Source of the DNA: Thermoproteota archaeon
GTDB taxonomy: Archaea > Korarchaeota > Korarchaeia > Korarchaeales > JAOZGB01
Assembly (NCBI GenBank): GCA_037917685.1
Contig: JAVCBU010000012.1
Location: forward strand, 352,001-416,000
DNA: 64,000 bases
Direction of reading: 5' to 3'
Shown piece after piece: positions 38,590 through 47,444 of the stretch (position 1 is the first letter of the stretch; each line of letters begins with the position of its first letter). A program made the translations under genes and the position numbers. The notes beneath the pieces were generated by a model. The model saw nothing but the letters and a program-made list of their open reading frames with translations. It searched no databases and was not told the DNA's origin.

Positions 38590-39462
38590 TTAGGGTGTTG
38601 GCTGTATCGTCAGATGGTCTTTATCTATTATTTTTGAAAGTTGAATTGCATTTCTCTGTATCTCTCTTGAAGCTCCTGGAGCGGATAACCCTTTCGTTGT
38701 TCCTATATAAAGCTTTAACTCACCTGAGAGGACTCCTTGAACTTTTATTCTGAGTTCATCCATGATTTCGTCGATGACGTTAAGGCTGTCAATGCTCCAT
38801 CCCGGCGGCTTAACGCTGATGGATATGTACCCGTCACCGACTGAAACGTAGAAATCGCTCATCGGTATCTTATTCTCAATCATGGACCATACTGCCAGTG
38901 TGTTTTTAGGCGAGGACTCGAGTTCTGGTGTATCAAGAATTATGAGACCTACGAATTTTATCGTTGAAACCCCGTATTCTCCTGCTATTATGCTGGACGC
39001 ATTGTAAATTTTAGAATACATATCTGAAAGAGAGGTGTAAGAAGCCGGGTACATGGTTACTCTTACAACAGAGGAGGATAAGGGTGTAAACTTAATGCTG
39101 GAGGCTGCTATGTTCTCAATATAAGCAGTGGATCCACCTACCGATATTAATACCCCATCTACTATTATATATAGCCTGTCTTGTTCGGCTTTCGCTACTA
39201 TTCCTTCCACTGTGACCTTACTGTTATTTAAGGTCCATTTTCCTTCTACCTCGGCTCTGACTATGAAACCTGCATTCGCTAGCCAACTATATTTGAGGCA
39301 TGCTTTGCTTATGTCGTATCCGGAAAACGTGGTTGATGATGTGATTCTATAGTTTGAGTAAAAGTATAGTAGAGATCCTATTATAGCTATAACTAACAGT
39401 AGGTCGAAAAAATTGATGCCAGCTATTTTTCCTTGTTTCAAATCTACGACTTTCATCCTCAA
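38590..39462 (-). CDS. Single-TM anchored extracellular hypothetical protein
   Basis: N-terminal KIAGINFFDLL plus TM segment; co-oriented 2 bp upstream of the Wzy-like gene. Confidence 0.6.
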   Translation of the reverse strand: MRMKVVDLKQGKIAGINFFDLLLVIAIIGSLLYFYSNYRITSSTTFSGYDISKACLKYSWLANAGFIVRAEVEGKWTLNNSKVTVEGIVAKAEQDRLYIIVDGVLISVGGSTAYIENIAASSIKFTPLSSSVVRVTMYPASYTSLSDMYSKIYNASSIIAGEYGVSTIKFVGLIILDTPELESSPKNTLAVWSMIENKIPMSDFYVSVGDGYISISVKPPGWSIDSLNVIDEIMDELRIKVQGVLSGELKLYIGTTKGLSAPGASREIQRNAIQLSKIIDKDHLTIQPTP

Positions 39463-39511
39463 TATTGTATACTGGATAAGATTAAAAACTAACAGCTTAA
39501 CTATTTGAGGG

Positions 39512-40642
39512 TTGATGAGTGTAGAAAATTATTTCAGGCGAGAAGACAAAGTCGAAGCGGAGGTGTACGGAGAGGTTTATAGGATAATTAGAGGAATAGT
39601 TGGAGATGAAGATCTTAAGTTTCTGAGATATGTTGGGTTTATAATTTTTAAACCTGACACTGTGGCCAGAGGTATTGTTGGAGAGGTTGTTTCAGAATTC
39701 AGGAGGAGAGGGATATATATTTGGAAACCTAAGAAAGTTAGTTTAACCGGAGAAAAACTTGACAAGCTATACTTGTTTGTTAAACAAAAGTACGCGGATA
39801 CTTGGTGGGTGATGGAAAAGGTGTTTAGGCTAGCCCCATGTATTGTCAGCTTATGTATAGGTAACCCTAAGAATTTCCCCCATCTCCCCGGCCGTATAAG
39901 GTTTGAGATAGGACCTACTACTCCAGCAGCTGGAGAACCCGGGAAAATCAGGTATGATTTTTCCGGGTCTAACCGGATATTTAACGTGGTTCATGCAACC
40001 GATGACCCAGCGGCTTGTGTTAGAGAAGCGTTAATCTTTTACACAGAAGAGGAGATGAAAGAAGTTATTAGAGATGCAAAACTTTACCATCTAAGGGGGG
40101 TAACCCCCAAGTATGAGGTTAGAGATGAATATGATAAAACTGATATTGACATTTTCAAAATTATGGTAGCTTTTAAGAGAAGAATCTGTAACAAGTTAGA
40201 AGATTTTCATGAGTATAGGGATAACATCGGTTTATTCACCAACCTTTTAGACGAAGAGGAGAAAGTGATCCGGAAGGTAACTGAGATAAGAAAAAGACGT
40301 GGGAGCCTTTCCCCAATTTACAAGAAAGAGCATGAACTGTCTATCAGGATGGAAGAGGAATTTGAAGATATCGTCAAGGAATATGCAAGGAAACCTGGAG
40401 AATATGAATTAAAAGTTAGATTTGGAAGCTTAATTGGAAAATTAGGGTCTCTTATCACCGCCCTGAAAATCTTAAGCTCAGAAAGCGAGATGGCTAAGAT
40501 AGATATGGATCGCCTCTTATTAGAGATGATGTCCCTAGGAATAGTTAAGGGGGGCTGGGAAGAAACACTACTCCACACAACATGGGCTGTCATGCCCCAA
40601 ATGATCAAGGACATGGAAGAGAATGGAACAATAGTCTTGTAG
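39512..40642 (+). CDS. Nucleoside-diphosphate-kinase-like protein with a long helical C-terminal extension
   Basis: IIFKPDTVARG, PGKIRYDF, NVVHATD (phospho-His position), RE..IF. Confidence 0.7.
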   Translation: MMSVENYFRREDKVEAEVYGEVYRIIRGIVGDEDLKFLRYVGFIIFKPDTVARGIVGEVVSEFRRRGIYIWKPKKVSLTGEKLDKLYLFVKQKYADTWWVMEKVFRLAPCIVSLCIGNPKNFPHLPGRIRFEIGPTTPAAGEPGKIRYDFSGSNRIFNVVHATDDPAACVREALIFYTEEEMKEVIRDAKLYHLRGVTPKYEVRDEYDKTDIDIFKIMVAFKRRICNKLEDFHEYRDNIGLFTNLLDEEEKVIRKVTEIRKRRGSLSPIYKKEHELSIRMEEEFEDIVKEYARKPGEYELKVRFGSLIGKLGSLITALKILSSESEMAKIDMDRLLLEMMSLGIVKGGWEETLLHTTWAVMPQMIKDMEENGTIVL

Positions 40643-40650
40643 GGGAGAAA

Positions 40651-41502
40651 ATGAGAAATTTGTTTCCTTTGCTAGTAACAATTTCGGTGTGCATTCTGTT
40701 ATTCATGAATAGGTATGAGTATAAGCAGCCAGCCAACAATGAGGAAGATGTATTAAGTACAGTTTTCACCCCAAGTTACGGCCTCAGATTTTTCCTAGAA
40801 AAAGACCCTGTAGGTATAGAGTTTTCTAGATGCGAATCTCTGCTTGTAACAGTGAGACTTGGGAAGATTTCAGGAGAAGCTCTAGGGCTTTATGGTTTTA
40901 GAAAGGCAGTGGGTAATTATTATTGCTGGAGTCTTCATGTTTCATCCAAATGTAGAGCGTTACCTTGCAAGGTAGTTGTACTCATCGATGATGGTAGGGT
41001 TCTCGTAGATGACTATATTTCGAAAAAAAGAGGATATAACGCGTGTTTAAACCTTACTGCAAGGAATCTAACCCTAAGAATAATTTCTGTAGTTGAAGCT
41101 GTATCCGAAGTTAAGAAAAGAGGAGAATGGAAAAAAGTAGAGGATGCAATCCTGAATATCAAGAGGAGATATGGAGAAGAGGGTATAACTACAATAGGAA
41201 CTGAGAGATTCTATTTCTCGACTGATGGTTTTGTACTTGAGAAGAGTCTCAACATTTGTATTAAGCATTTAGACCCAAGCTATGCTGAAAGAGGTAGCCG
41301 AAAAGGGAGCGAGCTACACAGAATCGACGACTTGGATTTCATGGTTAACCTGGCTCAAATGGTAGAATGGAGGGAAGCCGCTGGCTCCGGGAAGTATGTT
41401 ATCGTATATGCAACTTACTACCCTTTCACGAGGGTTCTATGGGTGGAAGTTGCGGAGGCGTATCCAGTAAGTGTGGTTAAGGAGTTTGTTTTCAATTTAT
41501 AA
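40651..41502 (+). CDS. Exported hypothetical protein
   Basis: ATG at 40651 after GGGGAG; N-terminal signal/TM segment; no recognised motif. Confidence 0.55.
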   Translation: MRNLFPLLVTISVCILLFMNRYEYKQPANNEEDVLSTVFTPSYGLRFFLEKDPVGIEFSRCESLLVTVRLGKISGEALGLYGFRKAVGNYYCWSLHVSSKCRALPCKVVVLIDDGRVLVDDYISKKRGYNACLNLTARNLTLRIISVVEAVSEVKKRGEWKKVEDAILNIKRRYGEEGITTIGTERFYFSTDGFVLEKSLNICIKHLDPSYAERGSRKGSELHRIDDLDFMVNLAQMVEWREAAGSGKYVIVYATYYPFTRVLWVEVAEAYPVSVVKEFVFNL

Positions 41503-41617
41503 AATAAGTGCTATGATATTTGCAGCTGTTGCCATTTTACACGGATTTTTTAGACCCGTCTTAATATGTTTGAATCCTTAAGTTATAAACTGACCAGTAA
41601 TCCAATCTTATCGAAAA

Positions 41618-43786
41618 ATGAGGCTTGAATTTATAGTTTCAGAGGTTTTGAGACAAGATGACATAGGAAAGAATGTGGTTAAAATAGACCCTCTCATCTT
41701 TGAAAGGGAAGGCCTTAAAGTCGGTTCTTATGTTTCAATACAAGGTAACAAAGCTACCCACGCAAGGATATACCCTTCAACCCAAATAGATGTTGGCTCT
41801 GGAGTCGCGAGGATGGATAAGTATATCAGAATGAACTGTGGTGTCACCACAGGAGATAGAGTTTTCATAGAACCTGTAGAGTTTACAAAAGCCAAAAAAG
41901 TGATAGTCGTTCCCCAAGAAGGCGCCATCCTCGCAGACGAGGTTAGCACTTGGATTAAACATAAGCTTCTAAACAGAGCTCTAACTAAGGGAGATTTCAT
42001 ATCGGTAAGCGGTTTCGTCGGATCTCTACATCTTAAAGTTATGAGTGTTCAGCCAGATGGGTGGGGGGTCGTGTGCAACGACACTATAATAATATTAAAG
42101 GAGTTCATAGAGGAACCTGAACATGTACTTACACCCATAACATATGAAGATATAGGCGGGCTTGCGGAGATAATAGGAAGAATAAGGGAGATGATAGAAC
42201 TTCCTTTGAAGCATCCTGAGCTCTTCAAAAAACTAGGCATTAAACCTCCTAAAGGAGTACTACTATATGGACCTCCGGGAACCGGTAAGACCTTAATCGC
42301 CAGAGCCGTAGCCAATGAAAGTGGGGCGCATTTCATATCAATAAATGGACCAGAGATAATGAGCAAATACTATGGAGAATCTGAGAAAAACCTTAGAAGT
42401 GTTTTTGAAGAAGCATCGAAGAATGCTCCATCGATAATATTTATTGATGAAATAGATTCTATAGCCCCAAGGAGAGAAAACATCTCTAGGGACGTTGAGA
42501 GAAGGGTTGTCGCAACGTTACTATCTTTAATGGATGGATTAGAACCGAGAGGAGATGTTATCGTAATAGGAGCGACTAACATGCCTGAAATACTTGATCC
42601 AGCGTTAAGGAGACCTGGACGTTTCGATAGAGAAATTGAATTACCAACCCCTAATTTTGAAGGAAGAAAGGAAATACTTAAAATACACACTAGAAACGTA
42701 CCACTGACTGAGGATGTTGACCTCGACAAGATAGCAGAAGTAACGGTGGGATTTGTAGGTGCAGATCTAGAAGCATTAGTCAGAGAAGCAGCGATGATAA
42801 GGCTACATAAGGTAGCACCGAACATTGGCGATGAGGGAAAGGTACCAGAGAGTATACTCGAAAACCTGAGAATTAGCATGTCTGACTTTATAGACGCGTT
42901 AAAAATCGTTCAACCATCAGCTCTAAGAGAGATAAGCTGCGAAATATCAAAGGTGAAATGGAGGGACATCGGCGGTCTAGACGAGGCTAAGAGGCTTCTC
43001 AGAGAGGCTGTGGAGTTACCATTCACAAGGCCTGATGTATTTAAGCGGTTAGGGATTAAACCTGCTAAAGGCGTACTCTTATATGGTCCACCTGGGTGTG
43101 GGAAGACACTATTAGCAAGAGCTGCAGCAGGTGAAAGTATGGCTAATTTTATCTCAATAAAAGGGCCAGAGATCCTTAGCAAATGGGTTGGCGAATCCGA
43201 AAAGGCTATCAGGAGAATTTTCAAGAAGGCAAGACAGGTTGCCCCGGCAATAATATTCATCGATGAAATAGACTCGATAGCTCCTAGAAGAGGAATGTTT
43301 GATAATTCCGGAGTTGTTGAAAGGGTTCTAAGCCAGCTTCTCACAGAGATTGATGGTATACACTCACTAACAGGAGTAGTTGTGGTTGGTGCAACAAACA
43401 GGCCTGACATCGTTGATCCAGCTCTTTTAAGACCGGGAAGGCTTGACTTGTTAATATATGTCCCACCGCCGGATTATCAAGATAGGGTTTCGATCTTGAA
43501 AATACATACTAGAAATATGCCCTTATCAGAAGACGTAGATTTCGAAAAAATCGCCAAACTAACAGACGGGTATTCAGGTGCAGATTTAGAAGCGTTAGTC
43601 AGGGAAGCTGCGATGAACGCAATAAGGAGAGATATAAATACTGAGCTTGTCAAGATGGAAGACTTTATGCTTGCGTTAGAGAGGATAAAGCCTAGTTTAA
43701 CGGGTGATGTAATAAAGTATTATACGAATGTCGAGAGACAGATGAAATCTTACATCTCAGATGACAAGACCTCATATTTCACATAA
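41618..43786 (+). CDS. cdc48: Cdc48/VAT AAA+ ATPase
   Basis: N-domain plus two AAA modules (GPPGTGKT, GPPGCGKT; IFIDEIDS; ALRRPGRFD, ALLRPGRLD). Confidence 0.95.
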   Translation: MRLEFIVSEVLRQDDIGKNVVKIDPLIFEREGLKVGSYVSIQGNKATHARIYPSTQIDVGSGVARMDKYIRMNCGVTTGDRVFIEPVEFTKAKKVIVVPQEGAILADEVSTWIKHKLLNRALTKGDFISVSGFVGSLHLKVMSVQPDGWGVVCNDTIIILKEFIEEPEHVLTPITYEDIGGLAEIIGRIREMIELPLKHPELFKKLGIKPPKGVLLYGPPGTGKTLIARAVANESGAHFISINGPEIMSKYYGESEKNLRSVFEEASKNAPSIIFIDEIDSIAPRRENISRDVERRVVATLLSLMDGLEPRGDVIVIGATNMPEILDPALRRPGRFDREIELPTPNFEGRKEILKIHTRNVPLTEDVDLDKIAEVTVGFVGADLEALVREAAMIRLHKVAPNIGDEGKVPESILENLRISMSDFIDALKIVQPSALREISCEISKVKWRDIGGLDEAKRLLREAVELPFTRPDVFKRLGIKPAKGVLLYGPPGCGKTLLARAAAGESMANFISIKGPEILSKWVGESEKAIRRIFKKARQVAPAIIFIDEIDSIAPRRGMFDNSGVVERVLSQLLTEIDGIHSLTGVVVVGATNRPDIVDPALLRPGRLDLLIYVPPPDYQDRVSILKIHTRNMPLSEDVDFEKIAKLTDGYSGADLEALVREAAMNAIRRDINTELVKMEDFMLALERIKPSLTGDVIKYYTNVERQMKSYISDDKTSYFT

Positions 43787-43794
43787 TGGAGGTA

Positions 43795-43879
43795 CGCCGC
43801 CGGCCGGACTTGAACCGGCGACCACTCGGTCTCTACATTTATTAACAGCCGAGCGCTCTACCAACTGAGCTACGGCGGC
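43795..43879 (-). tRNA. tRNA-Asn(GTT) with a 12-nt intron at 37/38 (43831-43842)
   Basis: GCCGCCG/CGGCGGC acceptor stem; CTCGG-CT-GTT-A^ATAAATGTAGAG^A-CCGAG; T-arm GCCGG-TTCAAGT-CCGGC. Confidence 0.95.
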
Positions 43880-43890
43880 ATAATAAAGTA

Positions 43891-43979
43891 TAGCCCCGGC
43901 CGGATTCGAATTCGCCGCTTGAGGCTCCGGCGTCAGCGGGTCCAGAGCCCGCTGTGCTTGGCCACTACACCACGGGGCT
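43891..43979 (-). tRNA. tRNA-Gln(CTG) with a 16-nt non-canonical intron at 53/54 (43911-43926)
   Basis: AGCCCCG/CGGGGCT acceptor stem; GCGGG-CT-CTG-GA-CCCGC; T-arm GCCGG^AGCCTCAAGCGGCGAA^TTCGAAT-CCGGC with a bulge-helix-bulge. Confidence 0.93.
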
Positions 43980-44005
43980 ATCAATATAATAGAAGGATTA
44001 GATTA

Positions 44006-44767
44006 TTAAGTTTTAGCTGCACTGTTAATCTCAGATCTAAATTCTCTTATCCATTCTTCAACGTCTCCCACTTCCTCTATGGCTGTGCCAACGACTACAA
44101 TATTAGCTCCGGCCTTGAATTTTTCAGCAGCTATTTTCCCTGATTTAATACCTCCGCCAACGATTATTCCTAGGTTAGTGTTTTTTCTGATAATAGTTAT
44201 AGTCTTTAGTGGGATAGTCTCTTCAGCTCCGCTCCCCGCTTCTAGGTATATCCACCGCATACCTAGAAATTGAGCTGCTAAGGCGTAGGCTAGACCTATC
44301 TCAGGCCTATCCCTTGGTATAGGGTTAGCATCACCTACCCATCCTGCAGATGTACGCCCTCCAGGCTCGAAAATCATATATGCTGTGGGTATAGCCTCAA
44401 GCTTGTACTTCCATACTATTGGGGCGGCTAGGGCTTGGGCTTTAATTATCCAATAGGGGTTTGTAGAGTTTATAAGGCTCATGAATAGTACAGCATCCGC
44501 GTATGGCGAGACGCCGTCAACATTACCAGGGAATAGGATAACAGGTATATTCACCTTTTCCTTTATTAGACGCACAGTTTGGTTAAGAGAGATGCCGGCA
44601 CCTACTGATCCACCGATTAGGATAATATCTGCACCGCCTAGCGAAGCTTTCCGTGCTCTTTCAGCATTGATTTCTGGATTGTCTTTGAAAGGATCTATGA
44701 GAGCTGCAAGTAAAGGTCTTTTACTAGAGGCTTCATATAGGTAGCTTTCGACTTTACCGATTCGCAT
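44006..44767 (-). CDS. Geranylgeranylglyceryl phosphate synthase
   Basis: LIDP, ILIGGS, PVILFPG, ADAVLFMSLINS, YLEAGSGA, IVGGGI, VVVGT. Confidence 0.92.
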   Translation of the reverse strand: MRIGKVESYLYEASSKRPLLAALIDPFKDNPEINAERARKASLGGADIILIGGSVGAGISLNQTVRLIKEKVNIPVILFPGNVDGVSPYADAVLFMSLINSTNPYWIIKAQALAAPIVWKYKLEAIPTAYMIFEPGGRTSAGWVGDANPIPRDRPEIGLAYALAAQFLGMRWIYLEAGSGAEETIPLKTITIIRKNTNLGIIVGGGIKSGKIAAEKFKAGANIVVVGTAIEEVGDVEEWIREFRSEINSAAKT

Positions 44768-44770
44768 ATG

Positions 44771-46450
44771 TCACAATCTACTCAGCTCTGATTTTAATTT
44801 TTCTACGTCGATCTTTGTGAAGAGAGGCTTGGATCTCCTTATTTTTTTACCTGGACTAATTGGGAGGTGAGCATCGAGCCAATTAAATGTGTGGATGTCG
44901 CCAGGCATATTAAGAGTTTCCCATATTTTTTCCCCGGTATCTGGAAGAAACGGTTCTATTATTACTGCTATCGTCTTTATTGCAGACGCTAAGATGTATA
45001 AAGATGTTGCAGCTTGCCCTCTATCGTTTTTCACTAATTTCCACGGTTCTTTCATGTTAAAATATGAATTACATTTTCTGGCAAGATTTAAAACCTCTAC
45101 TAATGCATCTCTGAACCTAAACTCATCTATTTTCGCTGATACAACCCCAGGTGTTTCTTTTATGCATGTCAGTAGCATTGTATCCTCCTCTGACATTTCT
45201 GATGGAGGGGGTATTTCTGAATCGAAGTACCTATTTATGAAGCTTAGTGTTCTATGAATTAGGTTGCCTAAAGTATCATTTAACTCATTATTTATTTTAC
45301 GCTGAAAGTCACCCCATGAAAAATTAGAGTCACTTGTCTCTGGTCTTATGAGGGTAAGATAAAAACGCCAGTAATCTGATGGAAGGATCTTTATAGCTTG
45401 GTCAAGCCATATACCAACTCTTCTACTCTTTGAGAATTTTTGACCTTCATACATTAGGAATTCAGTTGAAGATACCTGCCACGGCAGTGGATAGCCGTCG
45501 CCGGAGGCTAGTAGCAAGGCAGGAAATACTATTATATGAAATGGTATGTTGTCTTTTCCTATGAAATACAGTGTTTTTGTGTCTTTAGATAGCCAAAAAT
45601 CCTTCCATCTTTCAGGGTTGCCTTTCTGCTCAAAGTACTCAATCACAGCGGATATATAGCCAAGTACAGCCTCCATCCATACGTATATTGTCTTGTTTTC
45701 CGCACCAGGGAACGGTGCGTTTATACCCCATTTGTTATCACGTGTAAGGGATCTTGGTTTAAGCCCTTCTCTTATCATTGATAAGCTCATATTCTTAACA
45801 TTAGGTGGAAGCCTCGGGTGATTTTCTATATAGGTTTTAAGCTTATTTTCGAATGCTGGAAGATCAAAGTACCAGTGCTTAGATTTTTTAAACGATGGTT
45901 TTGACCCGCAAAACGTACATTTAGGGTTTATGAGGTCTTTAGGATCTAGGAGTCGGCCGCAATTCTCACACTGATCTCCTTTGGCATATTCATACCCACA
46001 GTGTGGGCATTGACCTTCAACAAAACGGTCTGGAAGGTAAATATTACAGTTATTGCAAAAGGGAATTATTTCGTCTTTGGTAAAAATGTAACCTCTTTCG
46101 TATACTTTTCTATAGAATGTCCTCACAAATTTTTTGTGTATTTCACTTTCTGTCCTAGAATAGTTATCAAAGGATATCCTAAATTTTTCAATAAGCTCTT
46201 TAACGATCTTATGATATCTATCCGTGAGTTCCCGAGGCTCTATACCCATTTTCCTGGCTTCAACCTCTATCGGAGTTCCATGTTCATCAGAACCCGAGAC
46301 GAATATTACTTCGTTATCAGGGTTGTGCCTTAGGTATCTCGCGTATATATCCGCTGATAAAAGTGAACCTATCAGGGTACCTAAATGCGGAACTGCATTT
46401 ATATATGGCCAGGCACAGGTTACGACCCACTTCGCCTTGAGTTTTACCAC
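44771..46450 (-). CDS. metG: Methionyl-tRNA synthetase (no C-terminal dimerisation domain)
   Basis: AWPYINAVPHLGT, GSDEHGTPI, Zn knuckles, YVWMEA, GKDNIPFH, KFSKS. Confidence 0.95.
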   Translation of the reverse strand: MVKLKAKWVVTCAWPYINAVPHLGTLIGSLLSADIYARYLRHNPDNEVIFVSGSDEHGTPIEVEARKMGIEPRELTDRYHKIVKELIEKFRISFDNYSRTESEIHKKFVRTFYRKVYERGYIFTKDEIIPFCNNCNIYLPDRFVEGQCPHCGYEYAKGDQCENCGRLLDPKDLINPKCTFCGSKPSFKKSKHWYFDLPAFENKLKTYIENHPRLPPNVKNMSLSMIREGLKPRSLTRDNKWGINAPFPGAENKTIYVWMEAVLGYISAVIEYFEQKGNPERWKDFWLSKDTKTLYFIGKDNIPFHIIVFPALLLASGDGYPLPWQVSSTEFLMYEGQKFSKSRRVGIWLDQAIKILPSDYWRFYLTLIRPETSDSNFSWGDFQRKINNELNDTLGNLIHRTLSFINRYFDSEIPPPSEMSEEDTMLLTCIKETPGVVSAKIDEFRFRDALVEVLNLARKCNSYFNMKEPWKLVKNDRGQAATSLYILASAIKTIAVIIEPFLPDTGEKIWETLNMPGDIHTFNWLDAHLPISPGKKIRRSKPLFTKIDVEKLKSELSRL

Positions 46451-46534
46451 CCCCGAAGTATCACCGTATCTTGATATAAAGTTTAGTTAATGTTATTAAA
46501 ATTTGATGGATAGAACGGGATAGAGGTGTGGGTT

Positions 46535-47236
46535 ATGACTGACATTAGTGACATCTTGGAAAAAGCTAAGGCGGAAGGAAGAAATTATCTCCTAGAACCT
46601 GAAGCTAAAGAGGTCATCGCAAGATACGGGATACCGGTAACGAAAATAAAGGTTGGTAAAGATCTAGATGAGGTTTTAAAGTACGCCGAAGAAATAGGTT
46701 ACCCGGTTGTCCTCAAGATAGTTTCACCCGATGTTATACATAAATCTGACATCGGAGGGGTTAAAATTAACCTCAAAAACGAGGAAGAAGTTGAAAAAGC
46801 ATATAAAGAAATTATCTCTGCTACTAAAAAATTCAAGCCGAACGCTAGGATAGTAGGAGTACTGGTACAAGAATTTGTACCGCAAGGAACAGAGGTTATC
46901 ATTGGGGTAAGTAAAGATCCCCAGTTCGGGCCTACCATTATGTTTGGATTAGGTGGAATATTTGTTGAAATATTGGAGGACGTCTCATTTAGGATAATTC
47001 CAATTACGAAACGGGATGCTAAGGAGATGATTAGTGAGATAAAGGGATACAAGGTTTTGATGGGTGCTCGTGGGAGAGAACCTTGCGATATGGAGGCTAT
47101 CATAAACGCCCTCCTTTCTGTATCTAAGCTTGCGTGGGAACACCAAGAAATTAAAGAGTTAGACCTTAATCCTATAGAGGTTTATAGTAAGGGTTTAAAG
47201 GTTGTAGATGCAAGAATAATCCTTGAAGGGGAGTAG
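46535..47236 (+). CDS. ADP-forming acyl-CoA synthetase beta subunit
   Basis: LLEPEAK, GYPVVLKIVSPDVIHKSDIGGV, DPQFGPTIMFGLGG, ELDLNP, VDARI. Confidence 0.9.
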   Translation: MTDISDILEKAKAEGRNYLLEPEAKEVIARYGIPVTKIKVGKDLDEVLKYAEEIGYPVVLKIVSPDVIHKSDIGGVKINLKNEEEVEKAYKEIISATKKFKPNARIVGVLVQEFVPQGTEVIIGVSKDPQFGPTIMFGLGGIFVEILEDVSFRIIPITKRDAKEMISEIKGYKVLMGARGREPCDMEAIINALLSVSKLAWEHQEIKELDLNPIEVYSKGLKVVDARIILEGE

Positions 47237-47237
47237 T

Positions 47238-47444
47238 ATGCCTATAAGAGTTTCTGCCATGTATGATAAAGAAGTTTACTCGATGGACGGGAGGAAAATC
47301 GGCATTGCAGTCGACTTTATCTATGACGATGTTGAACATAGGATTGCCGGAATAGTGGTTAGAAGACCAAATAAGGAAGAGGTTACAATACCTTATGAAA
47401 GTGTTAGAGCGTGCAAAGATATATTCATCATCCAGTTTGAGTAG
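47238..47444 (+). CDS. PRC-barrel domain protein
   Basis: KEVYSMDGRKIG..VD, IPYESVRACKDIFII. Confidence 0.8.
   Translation: MPIRVSAMYDKEVYSMDGRKIGIAVDFIYDDVEHRIAGIVVRRPNKEEVTIPYESVRACKDIFIIQFE

Noticed and set aside
41618-43786. Similar nucleotide stretches repeated within cdc48
   Set aside because: Explained by the conserved D1/D2 AAA modules; synonymous sites differ
43772-43984. ORF-track ORFs over the tRNA genes (also 7678-7902)
   Set aside because: Spurious frames across tRNA-Gln/Asn and tRNA-Trp
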